Part shown: in pieces, positions 24,399 through 36,864 of the stretch
Position numbering within the stretch: the stretch's first letter is position 1
Layout of the letters: every line of letters begins with the position of its first letter
NCBI GenBank assembly: GCA_032718475.1
Contig: JAUCBJ010005134.1
Coordinates: forward strand, 1-49,266
From: Nemertoderma westbladi
Lineage: Eukaryota; Animalia; Xenacoelomorpha
Direction of reading: 5' to 3'
Length of the DNA stretch: 49,266 nucleotides
Notes under the pieces: generated by a model
Databases searched by the model: none
What the model was told of the DNA's origin: nothing
What the model saw: the letters and a program-made list of their open reading frames with translations, nothing else
Program-made: the position numbers and the translations under genes

Positions 24399-25654
24399 CT
24401 ACCGGTTTAGTGTTTTGGTTATTTGGACTCGGCCTACTGGGGGTATTGGGTTTGTATTTGTTTGTGTTGTTATTTTGTTTCTGTCCCTGCTACGGTGTGG
24501 CCCTACTCCCAGCTGGTATTGCATTAACCCCCTCAACCGGGTATGCATATCGTCCCGCAAGCGTTTGCCCACCCTCTCTCTTTCTCTATCCTCCCTCATA
24601 CTCTGGTCGGCCAATTCTGCCTCCCTCGCCTCCCGCTCTCTACGCTCGTTTTCCACTCTCGCCTCCGGCTCCTTACGCTCATTCATCTCTCTCTCTTCCC
24701 GCTCCCTATAGTTTCTCACCACCCTCTCGGCCCTCTCTTTACACTCTCTCGCTAATTCTCTCTCCCTCTCTAGCAACGCGGTTCCCTCGTCCAGCTGCCT
24801 TTCTAGTTCCTTTTGGTCCAGCACAACAATGTCTAGTTGACACGCCAGATCTATCTCTAACACCCGTCTTGCTTTCGCGGAGGATGTAGTGGACTTTTCG
24901 GTTGCGACTGACTCCCGTCGCCTGTCTGTCCTGCTAATTTTCCCCCATTTGCTGGGGTTTCTACTAACCGACGACACCGAATCCTCGGGGTTAACCTCGG
25001 ATTCGCCGTTTTGCGGGTCCACCCATCCCACTAACTTAATCCCCTCGCATCCACTAAGTAAGACCCTACGTACACTACGTCCACCTCCATTACCCCGGAT
25101 CGCCACAATTCAAACAGTTCTGTGGCGACCCCCCTCGCCCTCTCATTCGCCAGTTCCCACTGTCCAAATCGGACTAAATAGCGGAAGTGTTTATTGCACT
25201 CACCTAGCCTCTGCTATAGTTTAGGCAGGTCTACCTTTCTCCCTTCCTTAGCGTCCTTTAACATCCTCTTCGCGGTGTTGTACGCCCGTCGCAGGCGATC
25301 ACTCGTCCCGACGTCCTCCTCGTTGACTCTACCTTCCCTCCTTGTCCGGCGTTGTACCATCGACCCCACCGTCGCCATTCCGGTGGGCCATTCGCTGCCC
25401 TTGGCCTGTGGTTGGCCAGCGACTTCGGTACTTCGACCGTTGTTGTCACCTCGCGTCGACTCCTCATTTTTCCCTCCGCGTCGTCGGCCGCCCTCAGCTT
25501 GGGTATCCGGATCGTCCCTCGCTGGGGAATCCGGGGTGGCGGGCTGGTATCGTCTCGTCGCAGCCTCTCGGATCGTTTGGTCAGTGTCATCCGGGGTCCG
25601 CGGCGGCGTTCTTTCTCCCTCCAAGATCTGGGGCGCATCTCGTTGCTCGCTCAT
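24399..25654 (-). pseudogene. BEL/Pao gag N-terminal part (disrupted)
   Basis: Starts ~65 nt after the 5' LTR; contains VNPEDSVS motif then a Ser-rich linker and a coiled coil, as in BEL/Pao gag. Confidence 0.7.
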
Positions 25655-25718
25655 GTTTCTCTCGGGTTGTGATCACAGTTTGTCTTAGTTGTTAGTTGCC
25701 TGATGGTTGGTTTTTGAC

Positions 25719-26367
25719 TGTGACGGGAGTGATGCAGTTCAACTCCCGACCGGTATAGATCGTACGCGTCGCTTTGTCGCTGGGCTGCTGGACTGAACTG
25801 GATAATATCTTTGGCTGAGGCCAATGGAAAACAATGTAGTTCGTTTCTCAGTATTAATGATCACAGCGATAATAGCACAGTCAGACTGATAATTATGAGA
25901 TATTATATAACAGTATACTAACAGCAACAATATAAATGACGCCGGTCAAAAACTATGCCGGTTTGCAACCGTGAGGAAATCAACTGACCGGTAATCAGTA
26001 ATTAAAATGATTATATAACTGACACATATTGGTTTCAGCCCTACTGCTGTGTGGACTCTGGTACCCAATGGATGCGTTCCTATCCTCCCAATTTACTTCC
26101 TTGCCAGCTATTGGATTAACTATTAATTCTCGCCTCGCCACTCCCTCTTGGTGTTACCCCCTGCTGCTAGCCTCACTAGCTAGTTTGTCCCTCTGAGGTG
26201 GTTTGACCTCTCTCTGTGGCTTATGGCGTGTATCCCCCCCCCCCCCCCCCCCCCCAGTTGGTTATGAGGCGAGATTATTATTGGTAATCTCGCATCGCCA
26301 ACTATATTGGTAAAATGCCACTAGTCCCATTTTCGGTGGGTGATGTAGGGAATTGAATCCGCTTACA
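25719..26367 (-). repeat. 5' LTR of BEL/Pao element
   Basis: Direct repeat of 16945-17596; minus-strand TATATAA (26011-26018) and Inr-like TCAGTT (25982-25987) about 32 nt apart. Confidence 0.95.
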
Positions 26368-27029
26368 AAAGCATTAAAACCCTTAAGACAAATTCGATTA
26401 TTAGGTTTTAAAAATATAAATCAAATCTCCCCCTATCATACTAAACAACAATTCTGGCTCCTGATTTGTTGTTTCCAATTTTATATCAACGTTTCCCGGG
26501 TTTACTCTATTTATAATAGTAAAATGTTTTAAAAAAATTAAAAAAAAAATTATCATGCGGTCTATGCAAAACTGGCATATAGGTGATTTTAAAACGATAA
26601 ATATCTCAGTTATACGTGAGAACATGGACTTCTAAGTGTGTTAATCGGATTCAGAATACATTTTAACATAATAAATGCAGAAATCACCATTTTGGCCAAA
26701 ATAGCATATAGGTGGTTTCAAAATGAAAGGGACGATTCATATTTATATCGACTATTTTTCTACTGTATAACATTTTGTACTTTAACTAATTCCAACACAA
26801 AATATATTTGGCCTTAAAACTAGGGACATTGAGTATTATACAGACCCGGTGTATACGACCCGATATCCCCAGTTTTATACTGTTTTTTATACTACTCAAC
26901 CGATTTTAGTTCTGTTTGCAGAATTGTAGAGGAATATTCTATGCAAAAATTGTGTTAAAAGAATTTTGAAATTTTGTTTCAAAAAAAGTTATGGCATTTT
27001 TTTGTAAAAAATTGCGAAATTTTGCGCCA

Positions 27030-30000
27030 GAACTTAGGAAGGACGGTGGAGGCCGGAGGCAAAGTAAGAAAGAAGCATAAGCGGAATAACGTAATGGGAC
27101 ACCATCGCCCGTATTATGAGTATGGAGACTGTCTTGATTTAAGCCGTTGCAGACGTGGATTTTCTACCGAGTCCAGCGTCTGCCGATCGATGACGGAGAC
27201 TAGAGCCTGGTGGTCTACCACCAGAGTGTATGTTGGGAGGCCAAGGAGGTAGAGACGTCATTTTGTAGTTGCCCATACCACTCCGAGCAACTCCAGCTCC
27301 ACAGTGGCATACCTTGCCTCTGTTTCACTGATGAACCTTGAGCCACACTCTACCAGTCGCCAGTCATCGCCATGTCGTTGTAAAAGAGCATACTGGGCTC
27401 TTTTCCAGTGCTTCATCACCACGGCGGTTGAATTCATCGCTGCTAGATATTAGCCTCATTGTACTGCGCCGGTGTTTAAATCGCCCCCACGGTGTAATAA
27501 ATGTAGTTAGGGGCTGGGATTCCTCATCAAGGGGAACCTGCCAGTACCCTGAGGCAGCATCAAAGACGGTGAAGAATCACCGAAGTCTGCATCATACTGG
27601 GAGATGACTGCTAGAGGGTTGGGAGTAGGATAATATGGGCGGAGTACCTGATTATTGAGGTGACGGAGATCGACGCACAGTCGGAGGGTACCATTGGGCT
27701 TCCGAACCACTGCCATTGATTGGGTGTGCCCACTCAGTGGGTTCGGTAACATTGGCAAGTACACCACGTCGGACCAGGTCGTTCAATAATTCGTGAACTT
27801 CCTTCCGCAGAGGGAATGGAACTGGGCGGGCCCCATTGGCATGGAAAGGTACGGCCCCTTCCTTGACCTGTATGTGCATCGGAGGGCCAGTCATTGAGGA
27901 GAGTTTGTGTGAATATTCATCAAAAACGTCACTAAACTCATTGAGGATGAGTTTCTCCTGTTCTTTAACTAGAGCTGGTGGTATACTTAGGTGTCCACAA
28001 GTTACTTCATCATCCTGAGGAAGTTTGTTAATTTGACAGTGCCCGCTGGGAGAACCGCTGGGCTACCAGGTAAGGGGGAAACCGACTGTAGTTTCCATGG
28101 AAACTCTGGTCCGATGATCCTGAGCCTCTGAGTAACATCCTTGGAAAGGATGAGGCCTTTTACTTCATCTAGTATAAAGATTTCGGTGGGAATAGTTGTA
28201 CCCTCGAATGAAAGTTGTACTGGGAGGCGCCCAGTAACATGGAGTGGGAGCTCGTCTGCTGCAAGCAGGTTGGCACGCGGTGCAGGGGGCAGTTTACCTG
28301 CCACCTTCATCCATAGATAAAGTGCCTCCTCCGTGACAGAGGCCCCAGTATCAGGTAGGACCATGATGCATCCAAGGTGACATCCATTGCGAGAGTCTGT
28401 GAGTATGACCTGGATATATTCCAAGAAACAGATACCTGGTTCCGCATCGATACGGGAGATGCGTGTTTGAACTGTATGAAGTTTATTCTTTGGTTTACTT
28501 TTTCCCGAAGAGCAGCACACAGATCGAAAATGACCTGGTTTTCCACAACCACGACACGTAGAATCCTTGGCTGGGCAGTTGTCACGACCAACAGAATGAT
28601 CGCGGTTGTAATATTGGCAGTCCAAGAAGGTCGTTGATGTGCGATGTGGGCTACTTTGGCGTTTACCCCCTGAGAGGGGGGAACGTTGTTTAGACCGAGC
28701 GTGGGACTTCTCCTGCTTATAGGATGAAACCTTCCGGATCAGTTCTGTACCTCCAATGAGTGATTCATTTTTCTCACTCGCCTCCATTGATTGCAACACA
28801 GTTACACAGTGAGCCAAGGTGGGTTGCGGGAGGATCTTCAATAATTCGGTCCGAGTTTCAGAAGAGCGAATCCCAATGAGGATTTGAGTTACCAACTGCT
28901 GGTGTCGACAGTGTACACAGAGTTCGGCACTGTCTGCGAGTTCCTCAAGAGCAACACGAAAGGAATCGAATGATTCATTGGGACCCTGATGTCGTTTGTG
29001 GAACTTTATTGCATCCACAGCGAGACTATGTTTCGATCATAGATGAGTTTGGAAGGCATCAAGTATAGATTCGATGGTCGTATCAGGAGCGTCCCGGTTT
29101 ATGTTTTGTGTCACGCAAAGAGTTTGCTGGATGTCCTTTCCAAGTGCATCTATCAGCGCGTACACCTGATCCTTCTGTGGATACAACTCAACTTGGCGCT
29201 TGGTGGCGTTGGGCGTGGACACCCCATGCCTCCCGTCACTTACGGAATGCTTGGAAATCGATGTCATTGTCGATTTTCTCCACATCAGATACATCAATGA
29301 CTATGTGACGGAGTGGATGGTCCGGATGATGTGGTGGGATGGCAGGAACGGGAGCGGGTCCGTCAACACCACCAGGCCGGTGCGCATCCAGAAGTTGTGC
29401 AAAACGTGCCTCAGCAGCAGCCTGCTGCTGGGCAGCTGCAGTTTGTTGATGCATGGGTTGCTGTTGGAGAAGAGCGAAACGTTCCTCTGAGCACTCAAAA
29501 CGACCTTCCGAAATCCGCAGTTGCTGCATCAAGTCAACTTGGGCTGGTTCTGTGTCGTCTGAGGCATCATCTGGCTCTACTAGGAGAGGAGTAACGTTTG
29601 TTTCCCCATGTACCACTGGCCATGATTGGTCTAAGAATACCGGTCCGGTTGGATGAAGAAAATCCAGGTGTGGCCAATGCTGTACTGCAGTAGGCCTAAA
29701 TATGTTCAATGTTCATAGAAGAACGGATAATAACCGCGCCATGCAGTGCTGTTGGAGACCACTACAAACACTAAGAGATAGTGTCAATCATGTAAAAACA
29801 TAAGGGGAACTAATATAGTTCATACTGTATATGTATTACATATAAAGCAGCATAGCAGATAATACACAGCAGCCATAGTAACTGCATAAGCTGATGAGTA
29901 CCGGTAGACTGAATACTCCTAAGTCAGTGTCAGGGCGTAGTCCCTGATGATTCATAGTCACTAACTGGCTAGTATGTATAATAGACCTTAATAATAAGCC

Positions 30001-30089
30001 ATGCGCATATAGTCCATTGCAGGCAGTCCATCCAGCTAATATATCTATATAACGACCTAGATGGGCCTAGGAAAGGCCAGTCTATTACA
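27030..30089 (-). mobile_element. Ty3/gypsy (Mag-like) LTR retrotransposon, degenerate, 3'-truncated
   Basis: gag with double knuckle C..YNRDH...CPAKDSTCRGCGKPGHFRSVC, protease LPDTGAS, RT KPNGTLRLCVDLRHLN and GYWQVPL, RNase [25 protein letters not shown]; PBS TGGCGCGG at 29733-29741; putative 5' LTR 29742-30089 (TG...CA). No integrase or 3' LTR seen. Confidence 0.9.
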
Positions 30090-31246
30090 CTAGCTGCCTA
30101 CGAAACAGGCTGGCACGGTAAGAATTGGATTACTTTGCTTGTAAAATGCTCCTGTTACTATGGTTACTAAAACACCACAAACCGCCAATGAAGTTACAGT
30201 CTTGTTCACAATTAAAATCCATTCTTCAATCTCCATCAATCTAGCTCAATCTAGTCCCATAGAAAAATAATAGTTAGATTGATGAAATTGAACCTACTTT
30301 CAACTTCTTCAATAGCACAGTAACAATACAGATGGTGTACGGTGACTTTCTGAATTGCAGTTTCAATACACCTGCCGTCTGCAGAAGTTATTGTCCAATT
30401 TCTCCAACTCCATAAGTCAACATGGCATGGCCTTGTGTAACAATGCCACTAATGAAATGGGCTGCATTTTTGCCGCCTAGTTGAATTAATATGTTGTCCT
30501 GTCAAGCCAGGAATGCCTTTATAAATTTAATCAAGCTACAGTCATACTGATAAATATTTTCCACTTTATATAAATAAACAAATTTAAAATTTAAAAGCAG
30601 AATCAATATTCTTAATTTTCTGAAACTAAAGAAACCGAATGTCCTAACATTCGTTTCTCAGTTATAACTTTCCAATTGTGCCCTTATGGGACTACTCATT
30701 TGAATGTATTGCATTCAATAGTACTGCATAAGAAGCAAGCGGGTAGCAATCTAAAAAAATGTCACACTGTACACCATGTCCCGGAATATAGTGTCGTAAT
30801 TCAGTGACACGCCCCCCTCCCCCCCCCCCCCCCCCCCCCCTAATTTTTCTACAAATCTTAATGAGACTTCATGAAATTTGAAACAGAGTGAGTTTCAATT
30901 ACCGACCACTTACTTTTTATTTTTGCTTTCAATCTTTAGCTACAAGCTTTGAAAAAAGTGCCTTCCGTCGATATTGCACCAGTCCCACCCCAGTTATTAT
31001 TCTACCTTATAGCTGTTTGTTGGTACTGCTAGAAAGCTGGTCATGCAAGGATTCTAAATATGTAGCACAATCTGCTGAATTTCGTTGAAAAATAGCTGAG
31101 GCGGGCGTTCAAAAGTTGCATCAGCGCTAGGCTATTTTATTCCACATATTTAATAAATACACCATATTCTTAAAACAAATACAAATTCTTCATATATACA
31201 GTAATATAATATATAATACACCTGTATCGACCGAAAAGTGAAAACC

Positions 31247-31445
31247 GTCGGTTGTCTGCTGTCGATTAGCTGCTGTCGGTTGATCCCTGTCGGTTGTCTG
31301 CTGTCGGCTGTCGGTTGACCGCTGTCGGTTGACCGCTGTCGGTTGACCGCTGTCGGTTTTCGGCTGTCGCTTATCGGCTGAGGGCTGTCAGTTGTCGGTT
31401 TGGGCTGTCGGTTATTGTCGGCTGTCGGGGTAACGTTTACACCCC
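31247..31445. repeat. Degenerate (CTGTCGG)n array ending in TAACGTTTACACCCC; probable foldback-transposon arm
   Basis: 7/14-bp periodic GCTGTCGGTTGACC; same terminal 14-mer as at 10193-10206. Confidence 0.7.
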
Positions 31446-32220
31446 ATAGAAAGTCTGAAGCCAACTCAGTAGGCCTACTGTATAATCTGAAAAGACTTAT
31501 ACTGTACTCCCAAAGTACCCCACTGCCCCAGCCTGTCCAAAATTCCCCTAGTTCAGCAGTTCAGATAGTTCAGTCCTACTGTCCTACCTGCCTACTGTTG
31601 TACTGTCTGACCGCAGGTAGTTGTACAGTTCTTTGCTTAGCTTTAGCAGTAAAGTGGGAAGGCCTGTAATTGGCTGGTATAGCTATGGAGCTCCACTGAC
31701 TGTAGTATGTCAAGTGTGGCTGATAAATAGTAATCCTTACAACAACTTAGTTAACTTATAATGTAGGTACAGAGGTGTGTGTAGAGAAATATAAATATGG
31801 CAATGGGGGAGGTGCCCTTACAGCGTATGCAGAATGTATTCAGATAGTTTCGCACTTTGACCGCAAGTGAAAAAAGTGATCTTCAGTGCAAATTGACCGC
31901 AAGAATGAAATTTACAACATTCTTATACCGATCTGTAAACTAATACTTGTACATTAAAATTTTTTCATTTTACCAGTAGCACAAGTGATACAAATTGACA
32001 GTATAATAATTCAAATTTTAATAAACAAATTAAATAATAATAATTAAATAGTGAGTTTCTTAGTTAATATTCAAATAGGCCTATTCCTATATCTGCTCCT
32101 GTTGAATTGTAAATATATTGTTTGCTTATTAAATATTGATACCACGAATTTATCTGTTTTTCTGGCACTTGTTTTCTTATCTTTGGGATTACTTACTACA
32201 GTTCAGGTTACGGAATAAAG

Positions 32221-35200
32221 ATGCCATTTACTCGTAAATGTTCTTACAGACGTCACGATTCTGCTCGTTGTGATCCGAGAGCACATCTAATTGATACAAA
32301 GTATATTTCCAAAATTATACTTGATGGAATGACCAAAGATGGTGATTTGCCTGTTCCAGGACGCTTTGTTTGCTCGGAATGTGTAGAATGTTACTGTAAA
32401 AAAGCGGATATCGAAATTAGTGATAACTCTTATATTCGTCCTGCCGTTGTACATGCGGATACATTTAAAATTTCAGGGGGAACGGTAGCGGTTAAAACTG
32501 GCGACACACCTCCAACCATAAAGCATTCTGTACTGCAAACTGCTGTTATATTAAGAAGTGACTGTATGCAGCGTGCTGCCGCTACAAAGGCTCCAACTCT
32601 GGAGGAGCTCAAGAAATTTGATATTGACAAAGCAATTCCGGATGGGACAACAAGGGATTTTCTCTACACGTTGTGCGGTGTATCCAATGTTGTCGATAGT
32701 GACGTCAGGCGGAAGAAGGTGATTGCTTGCCACATATTCGAACTGATGTTAGCTGCGTGCAATGAGCGGTATTGTGGCAGCTTATCCACCCTGGAAAGTG
32801 TGGTCAGCTACTCGTCAGACACCAGTAAGATATCGCAAAATATCAGAAGTAGCTGTTCTGCCCATCCGTCTTACACAACAGTATTGAAACTGATGAAGAC
32901 GTCCGCATTTACACATGAATTCGCGCCTCGCAAAGATGTCATCTTTGGGATAGATAATAATCAGTACATTGGGAAAACTCATCATATATATACGCAATCG
33001 TCGTTGCCTGTTGCCAACGTATGCTCAGTGGTTTCGTTTGTGGTGAATCCTACCCTATATATACAAGCAAACACTCTATCCCGTGTTTCACTTTCCCACA
33101 GTGATGTTGATCATCTTGTTGATAATTTAGTAATGGAGAACAATAACCTATTTCGGCAATTCCGTTGTATATACTTGCTTCTGGAGTTGTCCTCTATTAA
33201 TGCTAAGGTTGGAGATAAAACCTCCACAGCACCAACGACCTTCTGCGATAACACGTATAGAAACCTTATTAACGTGGCAGAAAACACCAATGTGTTAGGA
33301 GTTTCGAATTACGAACCATCGGTGGCGGATATAATTATTCACAAGCCACTTCCTGATGATCCTGGAAGCTATCGAGCTGTGGGTGAAATGATTACCAACA
33401 TTATTAATATGGCAGGTAAATAATATATTTTATTCTTAAATTGTTACTTTTCGCTCGAATTTAGACCAAATCGGGAAAAAAAATTTGCACTTATTCCCAT
33501 GGGAAAAAAGTAACCCATAGGGTTCAATTGAGTTTACTTTTTTTCCCGGCGAAAAAAACAGAATAAAATATTTTGGGTGTAATTTCTTAAATTGTATTAC
33601 ATGTATTGAAAGAGCATTGACGTAGAAAAGGTTTGCACGTAGTTTGAGCAAAATCTATTTACGCACTCAAAAGTTATTGCAACTTTAGTGTCTGCGCGGC
33701 GAACTCCAAAACGGAACTCAATATCCAATATTTGTTTATGTAGTTAAGCGGCTCTCTAGTTACGTAGTAAATATTCAAGAACACTAAAAATTATTTAACA
33801 TTGAGTAAGGCAGCGTCAGGAGTTGATTGAAGAGTACAAGTAATTTGAATTGCAGATCGGCCCTTTATTAACCTCGCTAATTCTCGGTAAATAAAATGCA
33901 TCGAGAATAGTGAAAAAAAGTTCTACATTTTTTCCCATGTAATAAATAATTATTATTCTTAAATTGATACTTTTTCGCCCGCGAGTATTCTTGGCCCGCA
34001 AAATGAGTCTTCTTAGCTCGGAATAATTACTTGTCGCAACAGGAGGGAATTCTTAGCCCGCACACAGTGGGTATTCTTAGCCCGCGAGTATTCTTAGCCC
34101 GAATATGATATGATGATTGTGAATTTATTTATAAGAACAACCTATACTAAACAACGAGCTGTACAATAAGGAATAACTATAAACAATATTGTCGTGGGAA
34201 AGTTTACACTCAATCGCAACATTTTTTAGGGGTCAATTTGTTTGGCTAAAAAGTTTATCACATAAATGAGAAAGTTGCGTTAATTCTATACTCTATACTT
34301 CATTTTTTCTTTTTACAGTTTAATATTTTTATGGTTTTGTTTGATAGAGACAGGGGAGGGCGAAACTGGACGCAAATCCCATCTCGGCTAATTAATATCC
34401 CGCCTCATTCATTCATCCTAAATTCATTCGGTCTAAACTTCCCAAGCAAGCCTATCTTAACCAGGCTATACAGTATACATTGAATTTATATTGCTGACTA
34501 GACACTAGACAAGCCTTCTTCAGTTCTTCAGTGCTGCCAAACAATATTTCCAACAGGACAGCCCTTCACTTCACAGTAGCATTGGACTGCAGCATGGAGA
34601 ATTATTAACTCAGACTGCAGATAAATTGATGTTTAACTATTACTCTATTCCCTTAGTTGCCATAGACAGACCCGCCAACCCAACCAAGCAATGCCATTAA
34701 TTAGCTAAGGGCAACAAATAAGAACCAACAGCACAGCAGGGGAACAATACACTGGTTTAGTTGTGTTGCCTATATTTTTGGCTTATAGCATACAGCGCTC
34801 CAGGCCAGTAGTTAGTTGTTCTGATAACATTACAGTAAAATGGATATATTATTAATTTAGATTTCATATCATTTCCCAAACCTAATGATACAATTTTATT
34901 TTATTTTTTGCAGAAATTCCTAAGGAAAGGCAGTGGGTTCCATTGGTAATGGATGGAAGTCCGATGTGCTTACTATTAAACAGCCTCGAGAGTAACAAAC
35001 ACCTATGCAAGCAAATTCTTCCTTTACCTGGGTTAGGTCATTTGGAACACACGATGATCAAAGCTGTAATGAAAGCGGGATGGGAGCTACAATTTCAGAA
35101 ATTTGCAGCCGCTAATGGGGTAACATCACAGGCAGCCCAAAACTACTTTAAAAAAGCGAGTGACCATCATAAGTCTTGGGAATCAATAACCATAGTATCT

Positions 35201-36402
35201 ACAGGTTTGTAAGTGGGGGGGGGGGGGGGTGCTTATTTGTCTATTGCCTATGCCTATTACGGTTTGTCTGTTAAAATATAAAAGCGATATCAGGTTTCAC
35301 TTTCAATACAACCTACTATGTCTGTATGTCAGTCTGTCGGTAGTCAATTAGTGCCCCCCCCCCCCCCCCCCTTAAACATGTCATTATTATTTAATAAAAT
35401 TTATATATTTTAGGTGTTGTGAGGGAGCAATTGAAACGGTTTTTGGAGCAGGTGACCGAATCATTGGACGAGGACACAGTCTTCAATGAGCTTGATAAGT
35501 TTCTTACCAATTGCCCCAATCGAGCTTTCGTTGCATTGTTTGAATTTAATGTAACATATGTTCTAGCCATTGTGATAATGCGCATAGGCATACGGCGTGG
35601 GCGAATGGAATTAGTTGTCTGCGCGATGTTGAAGTTCGCCCCCTTATTCTATACTCGGCGACATATCCACTATCAGCAAATAGTTGGATATTATATCGCA
35701 GAACGAATGCGCCTGCGAAAAGACGTCCTGGAATTCGTAGACGCCAACCTTGCGTTTAAAAGAACTCCTTCTTCTAATAACGCTGAAGGGGCGGACTATG
35801 TTCTCGAAGGAATTCATAAACTCCTGAAACTTCTTTTCCCTAACGGCATCCCACGGGATATTAATAAGTGGGATGAGATGTACGGACTTGTGGACACCAT
35901 AAGCGAACTGAAGGGTTTATGTTTACGGTTGGGAGGTAACAAGACAATGCCTGAACATAGTGACGCTGCCCATGTCAGGCATATGACTGATTGCCTTAAG
36001 GAATGGCAAACGGTTGTTGCGTCATCTCCTCCCTGCATGCCCGAACTGACAATGGACGTACCGAGTGGGATAGGGGGTTGTGAATTGTCTTCGCAATTTA
36101 CCAACATTGGGGAAATTGGTGGGCGGCGCCTTAAGGAAACTTTAAAAACGTTTCTAACTAAAGGAGAATGTTATGCCCGCGTTCCAAAATTCAACTCTGT
36201 CCCTATTACCCGCGATGAACAATTTATACAATCCCGACTTATAAACTGGACTAATTCGGACATACGTACGAAAATTGAAGAACTAATTGAGGAATTATTT
36301 TATATGGATGATAGTTCTAAAGAACAATATACTCTTCAATTAAAGCAAGCTAAAACGAAAGACAAATTAATATTATTGTGCAAGAAACTCCTGGCATTAT
36401 AA
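32221..36402 (+). CDS. Academ-like DDE transposase, 3 exons (32221-33415, 34914-35204, 35414-36402), 824 aa
   Basis: Exons join in frame at phase-1 GT-AG introns with no stops. N-terminal CxxC; motifs FGIDNNQ, VMDGSP, PLPGLGHLE, DHHKSW, FYTRRHIHY, GADYVLEGIHK follow the order DN / D / GxxH / FxxxxHxxY / DxxxExxNxxxK that I recall for Academ and DUF6589-like transposases. Confidence 0.75.
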
Positions 36403-36864
36403 TTCAATTAAAAAAAAACAATATTAAAGTACTTATTAAATAATAACTATGGCTTATTTTAAAATTAGGTTATCTACGTACTGCTACCGGTAACACGAAC
36501 TTTATGGATTATGCAATAAGTGCAAAGAATTAAAATTAAAATAAAAAAAAAATAGAACTTTTTCCCCAGGCAACAAAAAAAGTACCAATTTAAAAATAAG
36601 ATTACGTATTACATGGGTAGGGTATACCCCCCCCCCCCCCCCCCCCCCCCTACCGACGTCATTTATGAACATCCCCAAATTTTAAATTAATCTATCAACC
36701 TCGCGGCACTCGGTAAATACAATACCCCGAGAATAGTGAAAAGGTTCTACTTTTTATCCCAAGTATTAAATAATGATGAATAATTATTGTATATGTATGA
36801 TATCACTATGTATGTAAAGTAATGGAAGTTGGAAGAAGTCTGTAATTAATAAGTAAACAATTTA

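Larger units (their letters stand above)
16945..26367 (-). mobile_element. BEL/Pao LTR retrotransposon, internally deleted, with extra ORF
   Basis: Two ~650-bp TG...CA direct repeats, 5-bp TSD AAAGC (16940-16944, 26368-26372), PPT next to left LTR, BEL-type gag and protease remnants on the minus strand. Confidence 0.92.

Noticed and set aside
17644-25695. Numerous plus-strand Ser/Pro/Leu-rich ORFs in the LTR element
   Set aside because: Antisense shadows of purine-rich minus-strand coding sequence.
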